Origin: Longimicrobiales bacterium
Lineage (GTDB): Bacteria; Gemmatimonadota; Gemmatimonadetes; Longimicrobiales; Gaopeijiaceae
Reading direction: 5' to 3'
DNA length: 64,000 nt
Assembly: GCA_963664435.2 (NCBI GenBank)
Contig: CAXXKM010000002.1
Location: forward strand, 192,001-256,000
This document shows, one piece after another, positions 1 to 10,374 of the stretch (the stretch's first letter is position 1; the number at the start of each line of letters is the position of its first letter). The position numbers and the translations under genes are program-made. The notes beneath the pieces are model-generated. The model made no database searches and was not told where the DNA came from. It saw only the letters and a program-made list of their open reading frames with translations.

Positions 1-1258
1 CGGCGGGCGGCCAGCTCTCGTGGCGGCGCCAGACGTTGGCGCCGGTCTCGAAGACCACGGCCTCGTGCGGGGTCCAGCCCTCCGCCCCGCGCAGGTGGTG
101 CTCGAAGAAGGGGAACTGCACCTCGCGCTGGAACGTGATCGAGGTCTCGTCCCCGAACTCGATGCACCCCAGGTGGTCGCCCAGCATGCGCCGCCATCCG
201 CCGTGCAGCCATGGCCCGGCGGCCAGCGTGTTCTCCGTGCCCGGATTCTCGGCCTCGATCGTCCGGTAGATCGACATCGGGCCGTAGAAGTCCTCGGTGT
301 CGAACCATCCCGCGACGTTCAGGACAGGGTGGCGGATGCCGCCGAGGTTCGCGAGCGCGTTCTGGTTCTGCCAGTACTCGTCGTAGGTGTCGTGCTCCAT
401 GAAGTCGTTCCAGGCCGGGACTTCTCCATGGAAATAGAGGTCGTCGATGTTGGATGCGGCGCCCGCCTCGAGGAAGAAGTCGTAGCCGGAGTCGGTTCCG
501 TAGTCGAAGGCCGTCCCCCTCGCATCGGTCGGTCCGTCGCGGCGACGCGCGTTTCCGGCGAGCCAGGAGAAGGCGTACATGATCCTGAAGGCGCCGTTGT
601 GGTGCCAGTCGTCGCCGATGAACATGTCCGCGGGGGAAGCCTGCGGGGACGACGCCGCGAGCGCCGGATGCGCGTCGACCATGCCCATCACCGTCTGCCA
701 GCCCGGGTAGGAGATGCCCCACTGCCCCACCCTGCCGTTGTGGCCCTCCACGTTGGCGAGCACCCACTCGATGGTGTCGTAGTTGTCGGTGCTCTCGTCG
801 GCGGTGGTGGGCCCCCTGGGCGCCGGCGCAAGCGGCCGGATCACCTCGAAGTCGCCCTCGGACATGAACTGTCCGCGCACGTCCTGGAAGACGAAGATGT
901 AGCCGGCGCGGTCGAACTCGGCGGAGGGGCCGAGGGGATTGCGGTAAAGGCCGGGCTCGTAGGGCCCGACCGAGTAGGGCGTGCGGAAGAGCATCACCGG
1001 GAGCGGTTCGGTGATCTCGCGCGGCCTGTAGACGATCGTGAAGAGCTCGACGCCGTCCCGCATGGGCACCGTGTGCGAGGTCTTCTCGTAGCTGGCCTCG
1101 AGCCACGCAAGGTGGGCCGCGTCGCCGCCGTGCGGGACTTCCCGGGTACGATTCGCAAAGTCTTCACCGGCTGCTTCCCGGTCCACGGGAGCGCCGCAGC
1201 CTCCCCAAAGCACCGCGAAGAGCAGGGCCGCCGCGGCCGGCAGGCCTCTCCGCATCAT
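1..1258 (-). CDS. CocE/NonD family serine hydrolase (alpha-amino acid ester hydrolase-like), secreted; 3' end runs off the window
   Basis: My translation of the minus strand from ATG 1258 gives a signal peptide, then VPMRDGVELFT, RTPY, QDVRG and the nucleophile motif GISYPG. Absent from the ORF track because its stop lies outside the window. Confidence 0.88.
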   Translation of the reverse strand, partial: MMRRGLPAAAALLFAVLWGGCGAPVDREAAGEDFANRTREVPHGGDAAHLAWLEASYEKTSHTVPMRDGVELFTIVYRPREITEPLPVMLFRTPYSVGPYEPGLYRNPLGPSAEFDRAGYIFVFQDVRGQFMSEGDFEVIRPLAPAPRGPTTADESTDNYDTIEWVLANVEGHNGRVGQWGISYPGWQTVMGMVDAHPALAASSPQASPADMFIGDDWHHNGAFRIMYAFSWLAGNARRRDGPTDARGTAFDYGTDSGYDFFLEAGAASNIDDLYFHGEVPAWNDFMEHDTYDEYWQNQNALANLGGIRHPVLNVAGWFDTEDFYGPMSIYRTIEAENPGTENTLAAGPWLHGGWRRMLGDHLGCIEFGDETSITFQREVQFPFFEHHLRGAEGWTPHEAVVFETGANVWRRHESWPPA

Positions 1259-1497
1259 CGCTCCATCCCGAGTCCGGTCCTGTCGGCGCATGCCTGCTCC
1301 GGGGTCGATTGGTTGCTCGCAAACACCGTTCGTGCCAACGTGTTTCCGGCATCCGGGCGTGTGCGGTCCTGCTCGCGCGGGCCGGAGCCGGAACCTGGTC
1401 ATGATTCCGGCATACTTCGGAGACCGTAACACCGCCCGATGAGCGGGACAAACCACGTTTGCCCCGGATGATTCCGCCGTCGACACCGGATTTCGCC

Positions 1498-2322
1498 ATG
1501 AGTCGAAACGCCATCACCATCACGCCCGTGACTCCCGTAATCGGCGCCCACGTCGACGGGATCGACCTCGGCAATCTCTCGGACTCCGGGTTCGCGGTCC
1601 TGTACGACGCCCTCATGGCCCATGGCGCCCTGTTCTTTCACGACCAGGACATCTCCATCGTGAGCCAGAAGAGGCTGGGACAGCGCTTCGGCAAGCTGGT
1701 CGCGCACCCCAACGACCCCGGGGTGGACGGTCATCCCGAGGTCATGCCGATCCACGCGGACGAGAATTCGGTGCGCGCGACCGGCGAAGAGTGGCACTCC
1801 GACGTGTCGTGCGATCCGCTGCCGCCCATGGGCTCCATCGTGCGCATGCACATCGTTCCGGAGACCGGCGGGGACACCCTGTTCGCCTCCATGTACGCCG
1901 CGTACGAGGCCCTCTCCGAGGGGATGCGGACGCTGCTCGACGGGCGGCGGGCAGTGCACGACGGCGCGCCGTACTACCAGCGCGTGAATCGATTGCTCGA
2001 CCGCGACGACGGGGGCCGCACCTACCCGCGCGCGGAACACCGGGTGATCCGCACCCATCCGGTCACCGGCCGCAAGGCCCTGTTCGTCAACAAGCTGTTC
2101 ACCCAGTACATCGTCGGCGTTTCCGCCGCGGAAAGCCGGGCCCTTCTCGACTTCCTGTTCGACCACGTCAGCCGCCCCCACTTCCAGTGCCGGTTCCGCT
2201 GGCGCCGCAATTCGGTGGCCATGTGGGACAACCGCTGCACACAGCACCACGCGATCTGGGACTACTGGCCCGCAACCCGGTCGGGATACCGCGTAACCAT
2301 CCAGGGAGAAAAGCCAGAATGA
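1498..2322 (+). CDS. TauD/TfdA family Fe(II)/2-oxoglutarate dioxygenase
   Basis: WHSDVS (HxD), GGDTLF, HPVTGRKALFVN, WDNRCTQHHA and terminal R-V-T motifs; substrate unknown. Confidence 0.92.
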   Translation: MSRNAITITPVTPVIGAHVDGIDLGNLSDSGFAVLYDALMAHGALFFHDQDISIVSQKRLGQRFGKLVAHPNDPGVDGHPEVMPIHADENSVRATGEEWHSDVSCDPLPPMGSIVRMHIVPETGGDTLFASMYAAYEALSEGMRTLLDGRRAVHDGAPYYQRVNRLLDRDDGGRTYPRAEHRVIRTHPVTGRKALFVNKLFTQYIVGVSAAESRALLDFLFDHVSRPHFQCRFRWRRNSVAMWDNRCTQHHAIWDYWPATRSGYRVTIQGEKPE

Positions 2323-2657
2323 AGATCCGGACCGAACACCAGGACAGGGCACTCGTCGTGAGCGTGAGCGGCCGAATCGACTCCGGCAACGCGAGCGACT
2401 TCCAGTCGGAGATGGACGGCGTCCTCGACAAGGGAGGCAGGGGCGTGATCCTGGACTGCGAGCAGCTCAGCTACGTGAGCAGCGCCGGGCTGCGCGTCCT
2501 CCTCCGGGTCACCCGGCATCTGGACCAGAAGCATGTCCCGTTCGTGGTCTGCTCGCTGTCGCCCATGATTTCCGAGGTCTTCCAGATCAGCGGCTTCGAC
2601 AGAATCATCCCGGTCGCGGCGTCCCGGGCGGAGGCCCTCGCCAGCCTTCCCCGCTAA
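2319..2657 (+). CDS. STAS-domain anti-sigma factor antagonist
   Basis: C-terminal part of ORF 1791..2657 from ATG 2319 (ATGA overlap with the TauD stop); GRIDS and LSYVSSAGLRVLL phospho-Ser motif; EVFQISGF. Confidence 0.9.
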   Translation: MKIRTEHQDRALVVSVSGRIDSGNASDFQSEMDGVLDKGGRGVILDCEQLSYVSSAGLRVLLRVTRHLDQKHVPFVVCSLSPMISEVFQISGFDRIIPVAASRAEALASLPR

Positions 2658-2691
2658 GCAGCTTCCTCCAGACCCGGACGGGGAGAACCGC

Positions 2692-3561
2692 GTGCCGCCC
2701 CTGAGAATCGCGCTGCCCAACAAGGGCCGCCTGTCGGAGAGCGCCCTGGCGCTTCTGCGCAAAGCGGGACTTCGCGCCCGGATGCGCAGCGACCGTTCGC
2801 TCACCGCGCCGCTCGGCAACGACCACCAGGCCATCTTCCTGCGGGCGGCCGACATACCCGAACTGGTTGCGGACGGAGCCGCAGAGGTCGGAGTGACGGG
2901 CGCGGACCTGGTCGCCGAGAGCGGCTGCGAAGTGCGGGAACTGGTGGACCTCGAGTTCGGCCGCTGCCGGCTGGTGGTGGCGGTGCAGGACGAGAGCGAC
3001 ATCCGCGGCGTCACCGACATCCCCGCCGGCACCCGCGTGGCCACCGCGTTTCCGCGGCTGACGCGATCGTATTTCAACCGTCTCGGCATCGCGGTCGAGA
3101 TCGCGTCCGTGTCGGGCGCCGCCGAAATCGCGCCCCACCTGGGGGTGGCCGAGATCATCGTGGACCTCACGGCGACCGGCTCCACGCTGCGCGTGAACGG
3201 GATGCGGGAGGTGGAAACCGTCCTGGAGTCGACGGCCCGGCTGATCGCGAGCGAGGCCGTGCTGGGCGAGGCCGACTTCGCGGACAGGATCTCGGAGCTC
3301 TGTCTGGCGCTCGAGTCGGTGCGTCTCGCGCGCGCGAAGCGATACCTGATGGCCAACGTGCCCCGCGACCAGCTGGATGCGGTCAGGAAGGTGATTCCCG
3401 GCATTTCGGGGCCGACCATCGTGGAGGTGATGGGCGGGGGGCCCTGGGTCGCCGCGCACGCGGTGGTCGACGCGGATTGCCTGTCGAGCACGATTCCGCG
3501 CCTGAAGAAGCTCGGGGCGGAAGGAATTCTGGTCACCCCGATCGAGAGGCTGATGCCTTGA
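2692..3561 (+). CDS. hisG: ATP phosphoribosyltransferase, long form
   Basis: IALPNKGRL, DIPELV, GAAEIAP, IVDLTATGSTLRVNG, plus the C-terminal regulatory domain (LKKLGAEGILV). Confidence 0.96.
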   Translation: MPPLRIALPNKGRLSESALALLRKAGLRARMRSDRSLTAPLGNDHQAIFLRAADIPELVADGAAEVGVTGADLVAESGCEVRELVDLEFGRCRLVVAVQDESDIRGVTDIPAGTRVATAFPRLTRSYFNRLGIAVEIASVSGAAEIAPHLGVAEIIVDLTATGSTLRVNGMREVETVLESTARLIASEAVLGEADFADRISELCLALESVRLARAKRYLMANVPRDQLDAVRKVIPGISGPTIVEVMGGGPWVAAHAVVDADCLSSTIPRLKKLGAEGILVTPIERLMP

Positions 3562-4850
3562 GGCTTGCCTTCGACGCGCCTCTGGAGGCGATGAGTCCAG
3601 GTCAGCGCCGGCTGCTGCTGGAGCGCCGTCCTCCCGAGGAGGCGGGCGTGCGCGCGGCGGTCGCCGCGATCCTCGCGGATGTGCGTGCGCGTGGCGACGA
3701 AGCCCTGCGCGAGCTGGCGCGCGAGCACGATCAGGCCGAGCTGGACGCCCTGGAAGTCCCGCGCAGGCGGTGGAGGGAGGCGGCGGGCCGGCTGCCGGCC
3801 GACGTGACCGCGGCGCTCGAGCGCGCCGCGGCAAACATCGCCGCCTTCCACCGGGCGCAGCTGCCCGCCGACCGGGAGATGGAGACCGAGCCGGGCGTGG
3901 CCGTCGGGCGGCGCTGGGTGCCGCTCGCCGCGGCCGGGGTGTACGCGCCGGGCGGCCTGGCCGCCTACCCGTCCAGCGTCCTGATGGGGGTGATCCCCGC
4001 CCGCGAGGCCGGGGTCGACGAGGTGGTGGTGTGCTCCCCGCCCGGGCCGGACGGCGAGCCGCCGGAGGCGGTCATGGCGGCGTGCGCGCTGGCCGGCGCC
4101 ACCCGGCTGTTCGCGGTGGGAGGTGCGGGGGCGGTGGCCGCCATGGCATACGGCACCGAGTCGGTGCTGGCGGTCGACGCGGTGGTGGGGCCGGGGAACC
4201 GCTGGGTCACCGAAGCCAAGCGGCAGGTGGCGGGCGACGTGGTCATCGACGCGCCCGCCGGCCCCTCCGAGATCGCGGTGGTCGCCGACGACACCGCGCC
4301 CGCCCGGCTGGTCGCGCTCGAGATGGTCGCCCAGGCCGAGCACGACCCGGACGCATCGGCCGTGCTGATCACGCCCAGCGCCCGCCTCGCCGCGGAGGCG
4401 CGGCGGGAACTGGGCGTGATCGTGGCGAGGGCGGCGCGGCGGCGGGTGGTCAGCGAGGCGCTGGCCACCCGCGGTGCGATCGTCCTGACGCGCTCGCTCG
4501 ACGAAGCCACCGACTTCGCACGCGCCTACGCGCCCGAACATCTCGCCCTCTACCTCGCCGACCCGGACGCCGCCATGGAGCACGTCCCCACGGCGGGCAC
4601 GGTCTTCCTGGGGCCGGCCAGCTCGGTTGCCTTCGGAGACTACATGACCGGCGCCAACCACGTGCTTCCCACAGCGGGTCTTTCCCGGTCGTATTCGGGC
4701 CTGTCCACCGACCATTTCGTGCGCGCGTACACCTGGCAGCGCATTCTGCCCGAGGCGGCCGCGTCGCTCGCGCGGCCGGTGGCCCGCCTGGCCCGCCTCG
4801 AGGGACTCCCCGGTCACGCCGAGACCGCTCTTGCAAGGATGACCCCATGA
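3558..4850 (+). CDS. hisD: Histidinol dehydrogenase
   Basis: GVYAPGG..YPSSVLM, GPGNRWV, DAPAGPSE, QAEHD, APEHL, GDYMTGANHVLPT. Probable TTG start overlaps the hisG stop (TTGA). Confidence 0.96.
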   Translation: MRLAFDAPLEAMSPGQRRLLLERRPPEEAGVRAAVAAILADVRARGDEALRELAREHDQAELDALEVPRRRWREAAGRLPADVTAALERAAANIAAFHRAQLPADREMETEPGVAVGRRWVPLAAAGVYAPGGLAAYPSSVLMGVIPAREAGVDEVVVCSPPGPDGEPPEAVMAACALAGATRLFAVGGAGAVAAMAYGTESVLAVDAVVGPGNRWVTEAKRQVAGDVVIDAPAGPSEIAVVADDTAPARLVALEMVAQAEHDPDASAVLITPSARLAAEARRELGVIVARAARRRVVSEALATRGAIVLTRSLDEATDFARAYAPEHLALYLADPDAAMEHVPTAGTVFLGPASSVAFGDYMTGANHVLPTAGLSRSYSGLSTDHFVRAYTWQRILPEAAASLARPVARLARLEGLPGHAETALARMTP

Positions 4851-5974
4851 GCCCGTTTCCCCGCGAAGCCTTCCGCGCGCTCAAGCGCTACACCCCGATC
4901 GAGGATCCCGTCGAGATCGAGCTCTCCGACAACACCAACCTCTGGGGGTGCCATCCCGACGCCCTTTCGGTGATGCGTGGCGCGCGCTCCGGTGACATCT
5001 CCAACTACCCGCAGGCCTATTCGAGCGACCTGCGCGACGCGGTCGCCGCGAAGTTCGACGTTCCCGCCGACTGCGTCATCACCGGATGCGGCTCCGACGA
5101 CGTCCTCGACTCGACCTTCCGCGCGGTGTGCGAACCGGGTGCGCGGGTGGCGTTTCCGGACCCCACCTTCCTGATGATCCCGCACCTGCTGGTCGTCAAC
5201 AGCCTCCGGGGAGTCCCGCTGGGAGACGCGCGCCGGCCGCCCTCGCCACGGCAGCTGCTGGACGCCGATGCGGACCTCATCTACGTCTGCACCCCCAACA
5301 ACCCCACCGGCACCGCCCTCTCACGGGCCTGGATCGACGAACTCCTGGACGGAGTGGGATCCACCGGTCCGGTGGTCATCCTCGACGAGGCGTACTACGA
5401 GTTCGGGTTGGCGTCCCCCGGCTACGACCCGGGCGACGAGTCGCTCGTCGAACGCGCGCTCGCGGTTCCGCGCATCATGATCGCGCGCACCTTCTCGAAG
5501 GCATACGGCCTCGCCGGGCTGCGCGCCGGGTTCGGCATCGCACACCCGGATCTGCTGGGCGAGGTCGAAAAGGCCCGCGGTCCCTTCAAGGTCGGTCTGC
5601 TCGCGGAGCGGGCGGCGGCGGCGGCGCTGCGCGACCGGTCGGGCTGGCTCGAACCCACCGTGCGCGAGATCGTCGCCTGCCGCGAGCACCTGGTGGCCGA
5701 ACTGCGGCGGCGCGGCGGCGACCCCCTGCCCTCTTCCGCGAACTTCATCATGCTGCCGGTGCCGGCTCCCGCCGTCGAAGTGACCCGGGAGATGATCGCC
5801 CGGGGCATCGCGGTGCGCCCCTTCCCCGGCGTGCCCGGCGCGGGCGAGGCGCTGCGCGTGACGGTGGGTCCGCCACCGGTCATCGAGCGCTTCATCGAGG
5901 CATGGGAGGAGATCTGCCGCCCGGCCGCCGGGGACGCGAACCAGGAAACCCTCGCAGCCGAGGCTGCGGGATGA
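4847..5974 (+). CDS. hisC: Histidinol-phosphate aminotransferase
   Basis: GCGSDD, PNNPTG, LDEAYYEF, RTFSKAYGLAGLRAG (PLP Lys); ATGA overlap with hisD. Confidence 0.95.
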   Translation: MSPFPREAFRALKRYTPIEDPVEIELSDNTNLWGCHPDALSVMRGARSGDISNYPQAYSSDLRDAVAAKFDVPADCVITGCGSDDVLDSTFRAVCEPGARVAFPDPTFLMIPHLLVVNSLRGVPLGDARRPPSPRQLLDADADLIYVCTPNNPTGTALSRAWIDELLDGVGSTGPVVILDEAYYEFGLASPGYDPGDESLVERALAVPRIMIARTFSKAYGLAGLRAGFGIAHPDLLGEVEKARGPFKVGLLAERAAAAALRDRSGWLEPTVREIVACREHLVAELRRRGGDPLPSSANFIMLPVPAPAVEVTREMIARGIAVRPFPGVPGAGEALRVTVGPPPVIERFIEAWEEICRPAAGDANQETLAAEAAG

Positions 5975-6573
5975 CGCTGCGCGTCGGCGTCTTCGACTAC
6001 GGCGCGGGCAACCTGCATTCCCTGGTCAAGGCCATCGAGGTCTCGGGCGCGGTCACGCAGGTCTTCACCGACTGCCGGGAGGCGCTCTCGGCGGATGCGC
6101 TGGTCCTTCCCGGGGTGGGTTCCTTCGCGACCGCGGCAGGCGCGCTCGACCGCGCCGGAGACGAGGTGAGGGAGGCGCTCGAGGAGGGCCTGCCGTGCCT
6201 GGGCATCTGTCTCGGCATGCAGATTCTCTTCGAGGAGAGCGACGAGGGCGGCGGCCCGGGCATCGGCTTCCTGTCCGGACGCGTGGAGCGGCTGCGGGGA
6301 GAGATCGTGCCCCACATGGGATGGAACGACGTGGCCACTGGGGGCGATCCGCTCTTCGCGGACACGCCGGACCTCGTCGCCTACTACGCCAACAGCTACG
6401 TCTGCCGCCCCCGGGACCATGGCGCGGTGACCGCCTGGACCGAGTACCAGGGCGACCGGTTCGCGGCCGGCGTGCGCCGCGGGCGCTGCTGGGGAACCCA
6501 GTTCCACCCGGAAAAGAGCTCCCGGCCCGGACTGCGCATTATCGCCAACTTCCTCGCGGAGGCGGCGCGGTGA
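5971..6573 (+). CDS. hisH: Imidazole glycerol phosphate synthase glutaminase subunit
   Basis: DYGAGNL, LPGVG, GICLGMQ, PHMGWN, QFHPEKS. Confidence 0.96.
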   Translation: MTLRVGVFDYGAGNLHSLVKAIEVSGAVTQVFTDCREALSADALVLPGVGSFATAAGALDRAGDEVREALEEGLPCLGICLGMQILFEESDEGGGPGIGFLSGRVERLRGEIVPHMGWNDVATGGDPLFADTPDLVAYYANSYVCRPRDHGAVTAWTEYQGDRFAAGVRRGRCWGTQFHPEKSSRPGLRIIANFLAEAAR

Positions 6574-6628
6574 ACCGGAGATCCGCCCGGGGGAACGGGC
6601 TCTTCGAGGCCGCAGCGGGAGCCGGCCC

Positions 6629-7342
6629 GTGATTGCCGTCCCCGCGGTCGACGTCAGCGGAGGACGCTGCGTACAGTGGGTGGGCGGGCTTCCCGAGACC
6701 GAGCGGGTCTCCCTCCCCGACCCCCCGGCGGTGGCCGCGCGCTGGTGGCGCAAGGGCTTCGGCACCCTGCACGTCGTGGATCTGGACGCCGCGCTGGGCA
6801 GGGGCGACAACCGGACCCTGGTGCGCGAGCTGATCGCCCGCACGGGTGCGGTCACCCAGTTCGGGGGCGGGGTGCGGGACCGTGAGGGCATCGAGCGGGC
6901 GCTCGCGGCGGGCGCCGACCGGGTCATCGTGGGCACCCGGGCCGTCGAGGACTTCACGTGGCTCACGCGCGCGGCGGCGGCATTCCCCGGCCAGGTCGTG
7001 GTCGCCGCCGACATGCGCGACGGAAAAGTGCTGCGCCGGGGCTGGACCCGGAGCAGCGACACGACCATCGAGGACTTTCTGGCGGCGTTGGACGATCTTC
7101 CTGTTGCGGGGGTACTGTGCACGGACGTGGCCCGCGAGGGCCGGGTGCAGGGCAGCGACCTGGAGCGGGCCGGCGCCGTCATCCGGGCGTCGCGACATTC
7201 CGTATGGATGTCCGGGGGCATCAGCGGGCTGGACGAGCTGCGCCGCCTGGGGCGGGCGGGAGCCGCGGGCGCGGTCCTGGGTATGGCCCTCTACGACGGC
7301 ACACTGTCCGTCGAGGCGGTGGCCCGCGAGTTCGGTGGATGA
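6629..7342 (+). CDS. hisA: ProFAR isomerase
   Basis: PAVDVSGGRCV, LHVVDLDAA, QFGGGVR, TDVAREG, SGGI; position in the operon. Confidence 0.94.
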   Translation: MIAVPAVDVSGGRCVQWVGGLPETERVSLPDPPAVAARWWRKGFGTLHVVDLDAALGRGDNRTLVRELIARTGAVTQFGGGVRDREGIERALAAGADRVIVGTRAVEDFTWLTRAAAAFPGQVVVAADMRDGKVLRRGWTRSSDTTIEDFLAALDDLPVAGVLCTDVAREGRVQGSDLERAGAVIRASRHSVWMSGGISGLDELRRLGRAGAAGAVLGMALYDGTLSVEAVAREFGG

Positions 7343-7364
7343 TGCAACGAAAGACCGAGGAGCT

Positions 7365-7922
7365 GTGACGATGGCCGGGATCCTGCGCGAGACCGGGGAG
7401 ACGCGGGTCCGCATCGAGGTGAAGCGGGGCGGCGGGTCCCCCCGCATCGACACCGGCGACGGCTTTCTCGATCACATGCTGGTGACCTTCGCCCGCTACT
7501 CGGGGCTGGAGCTCGCGGTCGAGGCGCGCGGCGACCTGCACCACCATCTCGTGGAGGACGTCGCGATCGCCCTGGGGATGGCGCTGGCCGACATCGTTCC
7601 CGAGCATGCGGCGCGCTACGGCCAGGCGCTGATACCGATGGACGAGGCGCTGGTCCAGGCCGCGATCGACACCGGCGGGCGCGCGTATTACGTCGGCGAT
7701 CTGCCCACGAGCCTCGCCGATCACTTCTTCCAGAGCCTGTCCACGCATCTCGCCGCGACCCTGCATATCCGCGTCATCCGGGGCCGCAACCGCCATCACG
7801 TGATCGAGGCCGCGGTGAAGGCGACGGGACTCGCCCTGCGCCAGGCGCTCGAGGAGGGGGACGGCGTCTTCAGCACCAAGGGCTCGGTGCGGGTGACGCG
7901 CGATCCCGCTCCCGGCAACTAG
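7365..7922 (+). CDS. hisB: Imidazoleglycerol-phosphate dehydratase (monofunctional)
   Basis: [36 protein letters not shown]. Start is GTG 7365 or ATG 7371, after GAGGAG. Confidence 0.95.
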   Translation: MTMAGILRETGETRVRIEVKRGGGSPRIDTGDGFLDHMLVTFARYSGLELAVEARGDLHHHLVEDVAIALGMALADIVPEHAARYGQALIPMDEALVQAAIDTGGRAYYVGDLPTSLADHFFQSLSTHLAATLHIRVIRGRNRHHVIEAAVKATGLALRQALEEGDGVFSTKGSVRVTRDPAPGN

Positions 7923-7930
7923 ATCCGGCC

Positions 7931-8716
7931 ATGTTGCGACCTCGAATCGTCGTTTGCCTTGACGTCCGGGATGGACGCGTGGTCAAGGGGACCCGCTTCG
8001 TGAACCTGCGCGACGTTGGGGATCCGGTGGAGCTGGCCGGCCGCTACGAGGCCGACGGGGCCGACGAGGTGGTCTTTCTGGACATCACCGCGTCCCACGA
8101 GGGTCGCGCCACGCTGCTCGATACGGTTCGCAGGACGGCGGAAGCGCTCTTCATCCCCTTGACCGTCGGGGGCGGGGTCCGGACCGTGGATGACGTGGGC
8201 GCGCTGCTGCGGGCGGGCGCCGACAAGGTGAGCGTCAATTCCGCCCTGGCCCGCCAGCCGGAACTCGCCGCCGAGTGCGCGGCGCGCTACGGCAGCCAGT
8301 GTCTGGTCGCCAGCATCGACGCGGCCCGCGAGGGGGATGGATGGCGCGTATACACGCACGGCGGCAGGTTGCCCAAGGACCTGGACGCGGTCGAGTGGGC
8401 CGCCGAGTGCGCCCGGCGGGGAGCGGGCGAGATCCTGCTCACGAGCATTGACCGGGACGGCTCCCGCATCGGTTATGATCTGGAGTTGACCCGGCAGGTC
8501 GCCGCGCGGGTATCGGTGCCGGTGGTGGCCTCCGGCGGCGGCGGTTCGGCGGCGGACGTGCTGGAGGTGCTTACCTCGGGAAGAGCCTCCGCGGCCCTGC
8601 TGGCCGGTATTCTGCACGACGGGGTGACTACCGTGACGAACATTAAATCCGTACTCACGGCGCGAGGAATGTCGATGCGATCGTCGAACGGCGCCGGAAG
8701 GAGCGACCCAGGATGA
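7931..8716 (+). CDS. hisF: Imidazole glycerol phosphate synthase cyclase subunit
   Basis: [44 protein letters not shown]. Confidence 0.97.
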   Translation: MLRPRIVVCLDVRDGRVVKGTRFVNLRDVGDPVELAGRYEADGADEVVFLDITASHEGRATLLDTVRRTAEALFIPLTVGGGVRTVDDVGALLRAGADKVSVNSALARQPELAAECAARYGSQCLVASIDAAREGDGWRVYTHGGRLPKDLDAVEWAAECARRGAGEILLTSIDRDGSRIGYDLELTRQVAARVSVPVVASGGGGSAADVLEVLTSGRASAALLAGILHDGVTTVTNIKSVLTARGMSMRSSNGAGRSDPG

Positions 8717-9471
8717 CCGTCCCACCCGATGCACTGACCCGAGACGAACCGCCGGCCCTGCTTCCGGGCCGACGCATTCTGCGAACGCGCGACCTGAGCT
8801 ACGTGAGTTTCCGCGCCGACGGCCTCGTTCCCGTGATCGCGCAGGACGCCACGACCGACGAAGTCCTCATGCTGGCGTACGGCAACCGCACCTCGCTCGC
8901 CCTGACCCTGGATACGGGCCAGATGTATTACTGGTCCCGGTCCAGAAAGGAGATCTGGCGCAAGGGCGCGACCTCCGGGAACGTGCTGTCGCTGGCATCG
9001 CTGCACCTGGACTGCGACGCGGACGCGGTGCTGGCGAAAGTGCGCCCGGCCGGGCCGGTGTGCCACACGGGTGCGCGAACCTGCTTCGTCGAACCCGGGA
9101 CCGATGAACCGAAGCCGACCGTCGCCGTTCCCGGGGAAGACGATTCCGGGGGACGACCCACCTTCCGCGGAGGCGAGGTTCTGGACAACCTCTGGGTCAC
9201 GCTGCGCTCCCGCGCGAAGGAAATGCCGCCGGGCAGCAACACCGCGCTCCTGCTCGCGGACACCAACCTCCGGCTCAAGAAGCTGGGCGAGGAGCTGGTG
9301 GAGCTGACCGTCGCACTGACGCGGCGTGACCCTGCCGCGATTACCGAGGAGGCCGCCGACCTCCTGTACCATCTGATGGTCGCGCTCGTGGGCGCGGGCG
9401 TCTCGCTGCACACCGTCGGCGCCGAGCTCGCCCGCCGCGCGGGCGACAAACCACCTCGAACGGAGGAATGA
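8713..9471 (+). CDS. hisIE: Bifunctional phosphoribosyl-AMP cyclohydrolase / phosphoribosyl-ATP pyrophosphatase
   Basis: [29 protein letters not shown], then KKLGEE and EAADLLYHL. Confidence 0.95.
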   Translation: MTVPPDALTRDEPPALLPGRRILRTRDLSYVSFRADGLVPVIAQDATTDEVLMLAYGNRTSLALTLDTGQMYYWSRSRKEIWRKGATSGNVLSLASLHLDCDADAVLAKVRPAGPVCHTGARTCFVEPGTDEPKPTVAVPGEDDSGGRPTFRGGEVLDNLWVTLRSRAKEMPPGSNTALLLADTNLRLKKLGEELVELTVALTRRDPAAITEEAADLLYHLMVALVGAGVSLHTVGAELARRAGDKPPRTEE

Positions 9472-9474
9472 CGC

Positions 9475-10368
9475 ATGACTTCCGCACTGCTTGCCATATT
9501 CACCATCATCGCCGGTGGAGTCATCCGCCTGTTTTCCACCACCACCGGCCGCAATCAGGGCATGACCAGGCTCATCTCCTATGGGGTGATGACGGCCGGC
9601 GTCGCCCTCCTGGCGATGAACTCCGTCATCCTGATTGACGTCGGGGAGGTGGCCGTGGAACACTTTCTGGGCCGCGTCAACCAGCGTCCCCACGCGCAGG
9701 GCGTGCACGTCGTGAATCCTTTCGCCAACATCGAGCGGATGTCGGTGCGCGAGCAGAGCTTCCCGCCGGGAGGCACGGTCGAGCGCATCGAGGCTCAGAC
9801 CAGCGAGCAGCTGAACGTGACGCTCGAGGTGTCGATTCTCTACCAGATCGAGGGCAGCAGGACCCCCACGCTGTTCCAGGAACTCGGCACCGAACGACAG
9901 ATCACCAACGCCATCGTCCTCAACTCGGTGCGCAACGGGGTGCGCGATGCGGTCGCCACGCGCTCGATCAACGAGATCTTCTCGCCGGACCGCGCCGAGC
10001 TCGCCGACAACATCGAGGGGGCCATCCAGAGCAATGCGCAGGATCGCATCCAGGTGGTGCAGGCCTTCGTGCGCGACATCCAGGCCCCGGAGGGCGTGCG
10101 CCAGGCCATCGAGGAACGCCAGCAGCGCGAGCAGCAGGTGGCGCAGGAGCGCTTCCAGACCGAGATCATCCAGGAGCGCGCCCGCCAGCAGATCGAGGAG
10201 GCGAGAGGCATCGCGGAGGCGCAGCAGATCATCTCCGAGGGGCTGACTCCGGAGTACCTGACCTTCCACTACATCGAGAAGCTGGGCGAGCTGCCCGCGG
10301 GCTCGGTGGTGTACGTGCCCACGGAGGGCGGGATTCCCCTGATGCGGTCGCTCGGCGGCGGCGGCTAG
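9475..10368 (+). CDS. SPFH/prohibitin family membrane protein
   Basis: Two N-terminal hydrophobic segments, GVHVVNPF, VRDI..P, and a coiled AIEERQ..EARGIAEAQ region. Confidence 0.88.
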   Translation: MTSALLAIFTIIAGGVIRLFSTTTGRNQGMTRLISYGVMTAGVALLAMNSVILIDVGEVAVEHFLGRVNQRPHAQGVHVVNPFANIERMSVREQSFPPGGTVERIEAQTSEQLNVTLEVSILYQIEGSRTPTLFQELGTERQITNAIVLNSVRNGVRDAVATRSINEIFSPDRAELADNIEGAIQSNAQDRIQVVQAFVRDIQAPEGVRQAIEERQQREQQVAQERFQTEIIQERARQQIEEARGIAEAQQIISEGLTPEYLTFHYIEKLGELPAGSVVYVPTEGGIPLMRSLGGGG

Positions 10369-10374
10369 CGCGCG

